Under the pieces are notes generated by a model. It saw nothing but the letters and a program-made list of their open reading frames with translations. It searched no databases and had not been told where the DNA came from. Below, piece after piece: positions 21,624 to 31,767 of a stretch of 64,000 bases of DNA. The DNA comes from Clostridia bacterium (GTDB lineage Bacteria; Bacillota; Clostridia; TANB77; CAG-508): positions 9,433 through 73,432 of the forward strand of contig JAZUKI010000005.1 of NCBI GenBank assembly GCA_045643205.1. Direction: 5' to 3'. Within the stretch, counting starts at the first letter, position 1; each line of letters begins with the position of its first letter. Made by a program: the position numbers and the translations under genes.

Positions 21624-23198
21624 TTAAAAATCGCCAAATAATAATTTATTATCGTCATCTTTATTATTTGATTTTTTTTGATTGTTATTTGGATTTATTG
21701 TTGGTATACTACTTTGTCTATTATTATTTGGATTTATAACTGGTATGCTGTCTGGTAAAGTATCTTGTTGTCTTTGCATATTGCTTACTCTAATTCGTTC
21801 TGATTCAATTCGAGTTATCTTGGCTTTTGTCTGTTCTGTATTCTTTACTTTCATTCTATCTAATCGATGTCTTTGTTTTTGTCTAATTCTTTCTTTTTGT
21901 TTTCTTACACAATATTCATACATTTTAAGTTGTGGTGAACTAATAAATTCTTGTGGTGATTTTTTGCCATAATACATTCTATAAAAGTTCATAATATTTA
22001 TTATTTTATGTCTAAATATATTTTCACCATTTTGAATATTTAAATACTCTACTGGAGCAATTGGTCTAAATTTTGCTTGTTTATAAGTGCATTGATCAAG
22101 TTGTTCTTCACTAAAACTATAACCTCTTTCTTTTAATCTAATTGCTACTCTTGAAAAAGCATATCTATAATTAGCTTCAAAGCTATTATCTCGCATAAAT
22201 GTTATTTTGTTTGTTTTAGGATCTTTGTTTCTAAAGATAATTCTTCCGCCCCACTTTTCGGCTAATTGAAATCTTGTTAATTGTTCTACAGCATCTTCTG
22301 GATTTTTTGATGTTTCTATAATTTTATTTACAATTTCTCCTAATACATAGTTTAAACTATCTTTATAAGCTTTAGCTGGATTTTCTAGTTTATTATATTC
22401 GCGTATATTTGTTTGTTTGTTAATCATTCTTATCATTTCTAAATAGAATTCTTTTCCATATTTCTCTTTAACAGCTTCTTCAAATTTTCCATCATTTTTT
22501 AATGCACTTACTTCTGGTTTTATTCCTACCATTGTTCCTAAGATATTCATTATAGAAATAGCTGGATAATAATTTGAAGCAGATGTAAAATTGTAATGCA
22601 ATAAATCTCCGTTTCTTGGCGATAATATAACTCGTGAATATCCTGCATCTCTAAAAGTTTTTATACAAAATGACTCATCTGATCCTTCAACTATTGCTTT
22701 ATTTGTTAAATACTTTATACTAAAACCTTGAGTTAAAAAATGAAATCCTTCATGTACTATTACCTTTGTAAAATCTTCTAGATTTTCTCCTTTTTTCCAC
22801 TTATCCCATTCATCTTCTTTTAAGAACAATACATTTGTTGGAGTAAATACATATCCATGTATATCTTTTATAGCTAATTTATGTCCAAGCTTTTTTTCTT
22901 GTTCTTCTTGTTCTTTCTTTACTTTTTCGCTATCGCCTTCATATGTATAAGTATTTAATTTTTTAAGTCTTTTTTGTATCTTTTTTAGTTCTTCTTCATT
23001 TAACGGAACATCATTATTTGTATTATAAGTAACTAATGCTGTATTAATAATACTAGCAATAAGTTCATTGTCTTCATTAGATATTTTTTTTATACCTATA
23101 TTGTCATGTAAAACAATTCTTGTAGTTATCTTATTTAGTATGAAACGAAATAATGATTGTCGTTTTTTTACTTCAACTGGTATTAGTTTGTTTTCCAT
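21624..23198 (-). CDS. Hypothetical zincin-like metallopeptidase domain protein
   Basis: VIVHEGFH followed by IVEGSDE (HExxH plus downstream EG..E); RBS GGAG. Confidence 0.7.
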   Translation of the reverse strand: MENKLIPVEVKKRQSLFRFILNKITTRIVLHDNIGIKKISNEDNELIASIINTALVTYNTNNDVPLNEEELKKIQKRLKKLNTYTYEGDSEKVKKEQEEQEKKLGHKLAIKDIHGYVFTPTNVLFLKEDEWDKWKKGENLEDFTKVIVHEGFHFLTQGFSIKYLTNKAIVEGSDESFCIKTFRDAGYSRVILSPRNGDLLHYNFTSASNYYPAISIMNILGTMVGIKPEVSALKNDGKFEEAVKEKYGKEFYLEMIRMINKQTNIREYNKLENPAKAYKDSLNYVLGEIVNKIIETSKNPEDAVEQLTRFQLAEKWGGRIIFRNKDPKTNKITFMRDNSFEANYRYAFSRVAIRLKERGYSFSEEQLDQCTYKQAKFRPIAPVEYLNIQNGENIFRHKIINIMNFYRMYYGKKSPQEFISSPQLKMYEYCVRKQKERIRQKQRHRLDRMKVKNTEQTKAKITRIESERIRVSNMQRQQDTLPDSIPVINPNNNRQSSIPTINPNNNQKKSNNKDDDNKLLFGDF

Positions 23199-23249
23199 AT
23201 TCTCCTACTTTATAATGATGAAATATTTTTATTTCTAAATATCCTATTT

Positions 23250-25283
23250 TTATAGTAATGAAATGTTTGTTATTCCTAAATATTCTAAAAAGAAATTTAT
23301 AAATTTTGCATGTGACCAACCAAGTCCTATTACCCATGTTTTGTTTAAGTCTTTGTTAGATTGTTCTGGTAATAAACCAAGTGGTGTTGCGTTGTCAACA
23401 ATAAACTTCATACAATCCGTTGCACTTTTCCTATCGCCTAATTTTGTATAATACATACCCATCATTGCAGTAGATATTATCCAAGGATTTGTACCACCAA
23501 TATAGGTGTCGTTTTGAAATCTTAGATAACCACTGTTGTATGTTCTTAATGTTAAGTTAATTTCATCAATTGTATTTTTCATAACTTCATCATCTGCATC
23601 AAAAACATAATAAGGTATGATTGCTCCTATTTCACTTATATCTGTTAAGTTGTCTACTGTATTTCTTTTTAAAACTTTTCTTTGTGTGTCATATAAATTT
23701 TCCAAAATATATTTTTTAATATTTTGTCTATAGATAATAAATTTAGGTTGCTCTTCTGCAATTTCATTCATCTTTTCTTGATTGTCTTTAAATCTATGTC
23801 CTACAATATTGTATATTTGTGACATTGCTCCAAATGCAGCATAGATAGCGCTTAAAGAATATAGATGAATTCCTTCATTCATTTCCCATAAATCATAACT
23901 TGGATGCTTGTAAATTTCATCTTTGTCAATTTGATAAAACTTTTCTTTGCTTTCATTTTCTTCTGTATTGTTTTCTTCAGAATTATTTTCTTCAGTATTA
24001 TTTCCCTCTGGAACATTTTTTTCTTCGCCATTTAAAATATAATTAATATACTTTTCTAGAAAATCTATTGCTTTTTCAAGCATAGGTAATATGTCTATTA
24101 GTAGATCTTCTTTGTCTTCATTAAAATATTTTTTAGCTATTTGATAATGTTTGTATGCTCCCCAAACTACTTCTGCTGTTTCATCTATTTGGTATCCCCA
24201 ACATGGAGCAAGTCTTCCATCTGTATAAAATCTTTGTTCCCACATTCCTGTTTTATCTTGAGTATTTTTTAGGAATATTTTATAGAATTTATCTCCATAA
24301 TCATCAAATCCTAAAAAATCTAATGCTAGATATACCATTACATTGTCACGTGGCCAACAAAATGAGTATCTTCCTGATTTATCTCTTTCTTCATCTACTT
24401 CAAGTGATGCTGAAATTCCACCAGTTTCTTCATTTACTAATAAAGGCATATAAAGAATTGATCTGTTGTATATCTTCATCATGCTGTCCATTAGTTCTGT
24501 TCCATCTGATTTTATTTTTAATCTATTGTGTTCATCAAGAAAGTTCTTCCAATATTTTTCTATTTTTACTAATTCTTTATCAACATTAATTTTTCTTATT
24601 TTATCAATGTTTTCTCTAATTTCATTCATATTGTTGTTTTCATATAACAAGTACATGTATACAACAAATTCTTTTTCTTCGCCTGGATGTAAAACTCCTA
24701 AGTCATAGCTGATTGCTGCTTCTGATGCTTGTGAAATATAATCTTTGTCATAGATAACTCCAGAGTTTATGTTTCTTTCAACATCATTAACTTGATGACT
24801 TAATGTTTTTTGATTTGCAAAAATTGCACAAGTAAAATTATGGCTGTATTGTATTAATGTTTCTTCTGTTATATAACTTCCAGCTTGGTTGTTATATGAT
24901 GATAAAGTTTTTGAATGAACTAAAAAATTCATATTTAAATCAATTGTGTTATTGTTTTTAAATATATATTTTTTAATTATTACATCTTTATCAATCATTA
25001 CAGCATCAACTTGCTTAATATCCAAATTAAAATATGAGTTAGTAATTTCAGTATTTAAGATATTAGTATTTTCTGTATAATATTGATTATATTTATTATT
25101 AACATCACTGTGTAAATAGATAATATTTGAATCATTTACCTTTATTCCAACATGTAGAAAATCTGAGTATTGGCGGTAGTCAGGTAAAGGATAATATAGT
25201 CTAAGCAATTCACCATATTTTGTGAAACTTACAGTAACATCTTTATTGCCAATAAATGCATCATTAAAATACTTTTTTTGCAT
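23250..25283 (-). CDS. GH15 glucoamylase-like glycoside hydrolase
   Basis: YSFCWPRD, QIDETA, DLWE, LLPEQ, LGWSHA motifs; no signal peptide. Confidence 0.9.
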   Translation of the reverse strand: MQKKYFNDAFIGNKDVTVSFTKYGELLRLYYPLPDYRQYSDFLHVGIKVNDSNIIYLHSDVNNKYNQYYTENTNILNTEITNSYFNLDIKQVDAVMIDKDVIIKKYIFKNNNTIDLNMNFLVHSKTLSSYNNQAGSYITEETLIQYSHNFTCAIFANQKTLSHQVNDVERNINSGVIYDKDYISQASEAAISYDLGVLHPGEEKEFVVYMYLLYENNNMNEIRENIDKIRKINVDKELVKIEKYWKNFLDEHNRLKIKSDGTELMDSMMKIYNRSILYMPLLVNEETGGISASLEVDEERDKSGRYSFCWPRDNVMVYLALDFLGFDDYGDKFYKIFLKNTQDKTGMWEQRFYTDGRLAPCWGYQIDETAEVVWGAYKHYQIAKKYFNEDKEDLLIDILPMLEKAIDFLEKYINYILNGEEKNVPEGNNTEENNSEENNTEENESKEKFYQIDKDEIYKHPSYDLWEMNEGIHLYSLSAIYAAFGAMSQIYNIVGHRFKDNQEKMNEIAEEQPKFIIYRQNIKKYILENLYDTQRKVLKRNTVDNLTDISEIGAIIPYYVFDADDEVMKNTIDEINLTLRTYNSGYLRFQNDTYIGGTNPWIISTAMMGMYYTKLGDRKSATDCMKFIVDNATPLGLLPEQSNKDLNKTWVIGLGWSHAKFINFFLEYLGITNISLL

Positions 25284-25389
25284 ATGTGCTCCTCTTATTT
25301 TATCTTTTGTTTAGTCTTGTTGTTGTCTTTTAATACTCTATGTTTGTTTTATTTATATCTGTTAATTAAATTTATCTGTCATTAATGTT

Positions 25390-27072
25390 TTATTCTTCGT
25401 TATTATCTTTGTTCATTATTTCAATTATTTGCGCACGAAGATCATTTACTTTTTTATTTAGTCTATTCATTTCTTCATCATTACTTGAAGAAATTCTAAC
25501 GTCTTCTTCGATTGATTTTCTCATATCTTTTAATTCATTTTCTAAGGAAATCATCTTATTTATTAAATCAAGTCTATCTAAATCTTTCTTAATTGGATTT
25601 GTATATATTTGTTCTGATTTAAGTTCTGCATCAGGATTTTCTAATTTAAATTCTTCTCCATATGTAGGAATTTGAACATCTATATCTGGGAATTCTTCAC
25701 CAATTTTTCCTCTTAAAACATCTTGTGGATCAGGTTCTCCGTGTACTAAGAATATGTGTTTTGGTTTCTTTGTTCTAAATGAACCTATAAAATTCATTAA
25801 TCCTGATTGATCAGCATGTCCTGAAAAACCTTCGATGTATTTTATGTTTGCACGTACTGAAAATTCTTCACCGAATATTTTAACTTTATCAGCACCATCT
25901 ACAATTCTTCTTCCTAATGTTCCTGGTGCTTGGTATCCTACAAATAAAATTGTTGAGCTTGGATTCCAAATATTATGTTTTAAGTGATGTTTAATTCTTC
26001 CTACATCACACATACCAGATGCTGATATTATGATGCATGGTTCTGTTGATTCGTTTAATGCTTTTGAATCATCTACACTTTGAGTGAATTTTAATCCTGG
26101 AAATTCTAGTGGATTATCTCCTCTTTCAATAAATTCTTGTATTTCAGGTTTGAACAATTCTAAGTTTTGTTTAAATATTTGTGTTGCTGATACTGCAAGT
26201 GGACTATCAACATATACTGGAGTTTTCATTAATACTTCGTATTCTTTTTGAAACTCTTCATCATCCTTGTGTTGATCTTTAATTTGATTTAATTCATATA
26301 GAATTTCTTGTGTTCTACCAACTGCAAATGATGGAATAATTACTGTTCCACCTTTTTCAATTGTTTCACTAACTATATCTAGGAACAATGTTGATTTTTC
26401 ATCGTTTCTATTGTGTAGTCTGTTTCCGTATGTTGATTCCATTACTAAGTAGTCTGTATCATTTATCATTGTAGGACTTGAAAGTAATGGTATGTCATTA
26501 TTTCCCAAGTCTCCTGTAAATGTGATTTTTTGTTCTTTTCCATCTTCTGTCACCCAGATTTCAATAATACTACTTCCAAGCATGTGGCCTGCATCATTGA
26601 ATCTTGCTACTATTCCAGGTGCTATATCTACTAATTCATCGTATTTTTTTGGAACAAAAATTTCCATACAATCAATACCATCTTTTGCTGTGTATAAAGG
26701 TTCTAATATCGCTTTTTGTCCGCTTCTCATTCTTTTCTTGTTTTTGTAATCATTTTCTGTTTCTTGAATGTGGCCTGCATCAGGAAGCATTATTGAGCAT
26801 AAGTCAGTAGTTGCTTTTGTTGCATAAACAGGATTTCTATATCCATCTTTATATAACTTAGGAATTCTTCCTGAGTGATCAATATGTGCGTGTGTTAAAA
26901 GTACAAAGTCAATTGTACTTACATCGTAATCGAATGGTTTATCATTCATTAATTCTTCTTCAAAACTACCTTGATGTAATCCGCAATCAACTAAAAATCT
27001 TTTACCTGCTGCTTCTATTAAATAGTTTGATCCTGTTACTGCTCTAGTTGCTCCTAGAAAAGTTATTTTCAT
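25390..27072 (-). CDS. MBL/beta-CASP RNA-metabolising hydrolase (YSH1-like)
   Basis: THAHIDHSG, AGHMLGS, ESTYG, FAVGRTQE, FSGHAD, VHGE. Confidence 0.93.
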   Translation of the reverse strand: MKITFLGATRAVTGSNYLIEAAGKRFLVDCGLHQGSFEEELMNDKPFDYDVSTIDFVLLTHAHIDHSGRIPKLYKDGYRNPVYATKATTDLCSIMLPDAGHIQETENDYKNKKRMRSGQKAILEPLYTAKDGIDCMEIFVPKKYDELVDIAPGIVARFNDAGHMLGSSIIEIWVTEDGKEQKITFTGDLGNNDIPLLSSPTMINDTDYLVMESTYGNRLHNRNDEKSTLFLDIVSETIEKGGTVIIPSFAVGRTQEILYELNQIKDQHKDDEEFQKEYEVLMKTPVYVDSPLAVSATQIFKQNLELFKPEIQEFIERGDNPLEFPGLKFTQSVDDSKALNESTEPCIIISASGMCDVGRIKHHLKHNIWNPSSTILFVGYQAPGTLGRRIVDGADKVKIFGEEFSVRANIKYIEGFSGHADQSGLMNFIGSFRTKKPKHIFLVHGEPDPQDVLRGKIGEEFPDIDVQIPTYGEEFKLENPDAELKSEQIYTNPIKKDLDRLDLINKMISLENELKDMRKSIEEDVRISSSNDEEMNRLNKKVNDLRAQIIEIMNKDNNEE

Positions 27073-27087
27073 TTGTATACCTCACAC

Positions 27088-27168
27088 TTATTCAAAAATT
27101 TTAATCTTTGTTTTTAAAATTTAATCGCATTATAAAATTTGATTACATTATTCAAAAATTTTAATCTT
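27088..27168. repeat. 21-bp perfect direct repeat (60-bp spacing) of the last codons and stop of the 483-aa gene
   Basis: TTATTCAAAAATTTTAATCTT at 27088-27108 and 27148-27168, with degenerate ~20-bp units between. Confidence 0.85.
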
Positions 27169-28599
27169 ACGAGTTGTTCTAATTTCTATGTCGCTTCCTT
27201 CTGGTACTGGAACATCATATTTTTGGTCAATTATATCTCCATCATAGATTTCTACATGAATTAAGTTGTCTGATGATGTTAATTTTATTGTTAGCTTTTC
27301 AAGTAAAACAACTTGGCTATTAAATATTCCTTTTAAAATTCTATAATCAAGTAAATCATTATTTGATATTGGTTGTATTACTTCTGCTTTTATTGCTTTT
27401 GGAATAAGTATTTCTTTTATATCATCAAGTTTAATCATCCACTTTGGTAAATTACTTAAGTATCTTACTTCATATAATAAATCTAAAATATCTTTTTTGC
27501 TCTTAGCTTTATTAACTTTGATTTCAAACATCTTTAAAAACTCTTTTGTAAGTTTTGTTATTGCTGTTTTACTTTCGTAGAACTTTATTTCATATTCTAT
27601 TTTTTCTAAATCTCTAAAATAATTATTAGGATTTCCATTTTTATCAATTAGGTTTAATCTCTTTGTTAGTTTGTTCTTTTGATTTTCTAATTGTTCAGCA
27701 TAATCACTAACACTAAATATTTTTTTATTTTGACTTGCTTTTTGATTATATAAAACAAAATTCTTTTTTAATGATGCTGCTGAATTTAAAATCTTGTTAT
27801 ATTTGCTTATTTCATCTGCAACTTTTTTTCTTTCTTCTATTTGCTTTGAAATAAGTGGTGCACGTTTTTTCATTTTAATTAAATCAATTTTATCTTCATA
27901 AATTCTATTAAATGTTTCTGTATTTCTATCAATATGTTTTGATGTATAAAATTGAATACATGCATTTTTTAATTCATTAAAGAACTCTGGTGTTACTGAT
28001 GTTTTTATTTCGTTTAAATCTACATTTTCAAATAATGTTGGACCAATTATAAATAACAAGTATGTAAAAATAATATTGCATTCAATGCTTTCTAATTCTT
28101 TTTCATCGCTTGCCCATGCCCATCCATTAAAGTCTCTAATGATTTCTGATATTGCTATACATTTTCCAATGTTGATTGTTGAATATATAGCTACTCCTGC
28201 TTCACCCCATTTCTTTTTTGCTGACTTAATTGCCATTTTTGAAATGTTGTAAATTAGACTTTTAGAGTTAGGTGCTGTTAATAATGTTTTGTTGTTTTGC
28301 TTACTATCTTCTTCTATTAAATTTAGTTTATTAGTTGTTAAATATTTTTGAAGTTGATTTCTAGGAGTTGCAATTTGAATACTATCTACATTGTTTAATG
28401 TTGTTTCAACAATTTGATATTCAAGATCATCAAGATCTGGTGTAATTCTTTTTACAACTTTGTAGTTAGGATATGATTCTTCTATTTTGTAAAACATATT
28501 TAGAATTAAATTTTCAGATTCATGTCCATAGCCTTTTTCTTCAACAATACTAGCTAATTCATCTTTATAATCATGTGAAATTAGTTTTCTTTTTGCCAT
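27148..28599 (-). CDS. Hypothetical protein with coiled-coil region
   Basis: 483-aa ORF, RBS GAGGGG, in line with ftsK; no motif recognised. Confidence 0.75.
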   Translation of the reverse strand: MAKRKLISHDYKDELASIVEEKGYGHESENLILNMFYKIEESYPNYKVVKRITPDLDDLEYQIVETTLNNVDSIQIATPRNQLQKYLTTNKLNLIEEDSKQNNKTLLTAPNSKSLIYNISKMAIKSAKKKWGEAGVAIYSTINIGKCIAISEIIRDFNGWAWASDEKELESIECNIIFTYLLFIIGPTLFENVDLNEIKTSVTPEFFNELKNACIQFYTSKHIDRNTETFNRIYEDKIDLIKMKKRAPLISKQIEERKKVADEISKYNKILNSAASLKKNFVLYNQKASQNKKIFSVSDYAEQLENQKNKLTKRLNLIDKNGNPNNYFRDLEKIEYEIKFYESKTAITKLTKEFLKMFEIKVNKAKSKKDILDLLYEVRYLSNLPKWMIKLDDIKEILIPKAIKAEVIQPISNNDLLDYRILKGIFNSQVVLLEKLTIKLTSSDNLIHVEIYDGDIIDQKYDVPVPEGSDIEIRTTRKIKIFE

Positions 28600-28619
28600 T
28601 ACTTTCCCCTCATAATATT

Positions 28620-31316
28620 TTATTCATCAATATCTTCTTCGTCCTCGTACTCTATATTATCGTCATCATCTGTATATTCATCATCTTCATCTTCTTCGTG
28701 ATCTTCGTACTTTTCAACATCTTCATATTCTTCGTCATCTTCGTATTCTTCATCTTCAGATTCTTCATCGTCTTCGTATTCTTCATCTGAATCTTCATCA
28801 TATTCGCTGTCTTCGTCTTCATATTCTTCATCATCTTCGTACTCTTCGTCATCTTCATATTCATCTGAATCTTCATACTCTTCGTCTTCATATTCTTCTG
28901 AATTATGTCCTGCCTTCTTAGATGATGGTGCAGCATTTAATTCTTCCCATCTTTCTTGGGTAATTAATACTGTTCTTGGTTTACTTCCTTGGTAACCTGA
29001 GATAATTCCTCTTTCTTCTATTTGATCAAGAATTCTTCTTGCCCTTGAATATCCAACTTTTAATTTTGTTTGTAAGAATGTAGCTGATGCTGTTTGATAT
29101 TGAATAACGTAATTAATTGCTTCTTCTAATAAGTCATCTGTTCCATCATCTTCTTCATCATCTGAACCTTTTTTCTTATTTACTTGTTCAGGGTTTGCAT
29201 TGTTTTCAATAAATTCATTAATACTTGAATCATAAATATTATCGCCATCTTTCTTAACAAACTTCACTAAGTTTTCTACTTCACTATCTGAAACAAATGC
29301 ACCTTGTATTCTTGTAGGTTTTGGATCACCTGATGGATAGAATAACATATCACCTTTTCCAAGAAGTTTTTCTGCACCTGCACCATCAAGTATTGTTCTT
29401 GAATCTACTTGTGATGAAACTGCAAATGCAATTCTTGATGGAATGTTTGCTTTAATAATACCTGTGATAACATCTACTGATGGTCTTTGTGTTGCAATTA
29501 CTAAGTGCATTCCTGCTGCTCTTGCTTTTTGTGCTAATCTACAAATTGCATCTTCAACTTCTTTTGCAGCAACCATCATTAAATCTGCTAACTCGTCTAT
29601 TATAATTACCATATGTGGTAATTTAGGTTCGCCTTTTGTTTCTGCAAGTTCATTGTAACCTTGTATGTTTCTTACTGATTTTTTTGCAAATAAGTTATAT
29701 CTATTTTCCATTTCTTGAACTGCCCAGTTTAATGCACCTGCTGCTTTTTTAGCATCTGTTACAACCGGAATTAATAAGTGTGGTATTCCATTATAAACTG
29801 AAAGTTCAACTATCTTTGGATCAACCATTAATAATTTTACTTCTGATGGTTTTGCTTTATAAATAATTGATGTGATTAATGTATTGATACATACTGATTT
29901 TCCAGAACCTGTAGCACCTGCAATAAGTACGTGTGGCATCTTTGCGATATCAGTAACTATAATGCTTCCTGCAACATCTTTTCCTAATGCCATTGTTAAT
30001 TTTGATTTTCCATTTTGGAATTGTTCTGATTCTACTATTTCTTTTAATCCAACTACTGATTTAAATTTGTTTGGAACTTCAATACCTACTGTGTGTTTTC
30101 CTGGAATTGGAGCTTCAATTCTTATTGTTTCAGCTTCAAGTGCTAATGCGATATCATCTGATAGGTTAGAAATTTTATTTACTCTAACACCTTGAGCTGG
30201 TGCTAATTCAAATCTTGTAATTGCTGGTCCTACAGAAACATTTTCTACTTTTGCACTTACCCCAAAACTTTGTAATGTCTTTCTTAATTTTTCTGCTGTT
30301 GTTAATAAGGTTTTCTTATCTTCACTCTTAACGTTTTCTGGTGGATCAGCTAATATATCAATTGGTGGGAAGTCATAGTTGTATTCTTCTTCTGTTAAAC
30401 CGTGTTGTAAATTTAATTCTTCTGAAACTTCTTCTTCTTTTTCTTTTTTCTTCTTTGTGAATAGTTCTTCTTCAGATCCTGCGTCTATATCCTTTATTGA
30501 AGCAACGCCTGCACGTTTCTTAAGTTTCTTTCCATTGTGTATGTCAGGAACAACCATTCCTGGTGATGGATGTTTCTTCTTTTTATTAGTATTATTTAAA
30601 TTGATTGTAATTTGTTCGTTGATAGGTTCTTCTTCGTCTTCTTCCTCTTCTTCATTTTCTTCTTTATGGAATAATTTATCTAGGAATGTTCTGTGCTTTG
30701 GTTCTTCTTCCTCTTCCTCTTCTTCAACTGCTCTTCTTCTTTCTCTAATGTTATTTGCTTTTTCTTGAGCTTTTGAAACAGAGTTTGAAATATGATCTGC
30801 TGGATGTAAGTTGAACATTCTTACTATTAATACTAATAATGCACCTACTAAAACAATTACTGCGCCTGTGTTTGATAAAAGTTTTGCTAGTAGCAGTGCA
30901 GGGAACGTTCCTACAACGCCTCCACCAACATCTACTTTTCCTAGCTCGTATGCTTTGCTTAAAACGTTTCCAAAATCATCTGCGTAATCTATTACGCTTG
31001 GTTGTGAAAATTGATAGCATGCTAAAATTGCATCAACTAATATTAATATAATAATAAACAGCCAAACTTTTTTTGGATATGATCCAAATTCTCTATTGAT
31101 TGCAATGTATATAGCCATTAAGAATAATCCTGGTGGCATTAAATATTTTATATATCCAAATATTCCACCTAATACAGGGCTTATAGTTTCACCTACAACC
31201 CCAGCTTGCATATATATTAAAACACCTAAAAGAATAGCTAAAACAATCATTATAACTACTGTTATATTTAGATTTCTTTCTTCAAGTTGTTTTTTCTTAC
31301 TTTTTCCTCTTGGCAT
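28620..31316 (-). CDS. ftsK: DNA translocase FtsK/SpoIIIE with long acidic C-terminal tail
   Basis: N-terminal TMs, [30 protein letters not shown], gamma domain [10 protein letters not shown]; start ATG 31316 behind AGGAGG. Confidence 0.96.
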   Translation of the reverse strand: MPRGKSKKKQLEERNLNITVVIMIVLAILLGVLIYMQAGVVGETISPVLGGIFGYIKYLMPPGLFLMAIYIAINREFGSYPKKVWLFIIILILVDAILACYQFSQPSVIDYADDFGNVLSKAYELGKVDVGGGVVGTFPALLLAKLLSNTGAVIVLVGALLVLIVRMFNLHPADHISNSVSKAQEKANNIRERRRAVEEEEEEEEPKHRTFLDKLFHKEENEEEEEDEEEPINEQITINLNNTNKKKKHPSPGMVVPDIHNGKKLKKRAGVASIKDIDAGSEEELFTKKKKEKEEEVSEELNLQHGLTEEEYNYDFPPIDILADPPENVKSEDKKTLLTTAEKLRKTLQSFGVSAKVENVSVGPAITRFELAPAQGVRVNKISNLSDDIALALEAETIRIEAPIPGKHTVGIEVPNKFKSVVGLKEIVESEQFQNGKSKLTMALGKDVAGSIIVTDIAKMPHVLIAGATGSGKSVCINTLITSIIYKAKPSEVKLLMVDPKIVELSVYNGIPHLLIPVVTDAKKAAGALNWAVQEMENRYNLFAKKSVRNIQGYNELAETKGEPKLPHMVIIIDELADLMMVAAKEVEDAICRLAQKARAAGMHLVIATQRPSVDVITGIIKANIPSRIAFAVSSQVDSRTILDGAGAEKLLGKGDMLFYPSGDPKPTRIQGAFVSDSEVENLVKFVKKDGDNIYDSSINEFIENNANPEQVNKKKGSDDEEDDGTDDLLEEAINYVIQYQTASATFLQTKLKVGYSRARRILDQIEERGIISGYQGSKPRTVLITQERWEELNAAPSSKKAGHNSEEYEDEEYEDSDEYEDDEEYEDDEEYEDEDSEYDEDSDEEYEDDEESEDEEYEDDEEYEDVEKYEDHEEDEDDEYTDDDDNIEYEDEEDIDE

Positions 31317-31368
31317 TAATGTCCTCCTGTTGGTAAAAAATACCATTTATTGAAAGTTTATTTTTTAA

Positions 31369-31435
31369 CTTAAAATGCTTATAGTATTTTGCTTAAAGTG
31401 CTTATAATATTTTGCTTAAAACGCTTACAATATAC
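31369..31435. repeat. 23-bp tandem repeat x3 upstream of ftsK
   Basis: CTTAAAATGCTTATAGTATTTTG / CTTAAAGTGCTTATAATATTTTG / CTTAAAACGCTTACAATATA. Confidence 0.85.
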
Positions 31436-31660
31436 CGATTGAATTATATATTAATGAGTTTAATTATTCAATAAAATAATTTGAAAAAATGATTTAAAAG
31501 TGGCTAAAATACAGGCTTTTTCGCCACTTTTATGTTGTATTAATTTTATGTTAAATTTTGTTTAATTTATAGTAATATTTCTTGCTTTATGTAAACAGAA
31601 TTAGACAAAAAAAAATTAATTTGATTGGCTTTTAATTTTTAATAGGGATTTTTTTTTATA

Positions 31661-31750
31661 AAAATTTTAAGACAAAAAAATTAAGAGAGATTTTATAAGC
31701 AAAATTTTAAGACAAAAAAATTAAGAGAGATTTTATAAATCTCTCTTAAT
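31661..31750 (-). terminator. Terminator of the ribosomal cluster, with 38-bp duplication of its distal half
   Basis: ATTAAGAGAGATTT/AAATCTCTCTTAAT hairpin plus U tract; 31661-31698 identical to 31701-31738. Confidence 0.85.
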
Positions 31751-31767
31751 ATAAATACTTTATCTAA

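Noticed and set aside
23945-24015. NNTEE/NNSEE repeat insertion in the GH15 enzyme
   Set aside because: Short in-frame low-complexity loop expansion with catalytic motifs unaffected; likely neutral slippage
28652-28936. Minus-strand 94-aa ORF rich in M/K/T
   Set aside because: Alternative reading frame of the acidic repeat tail of ftsK
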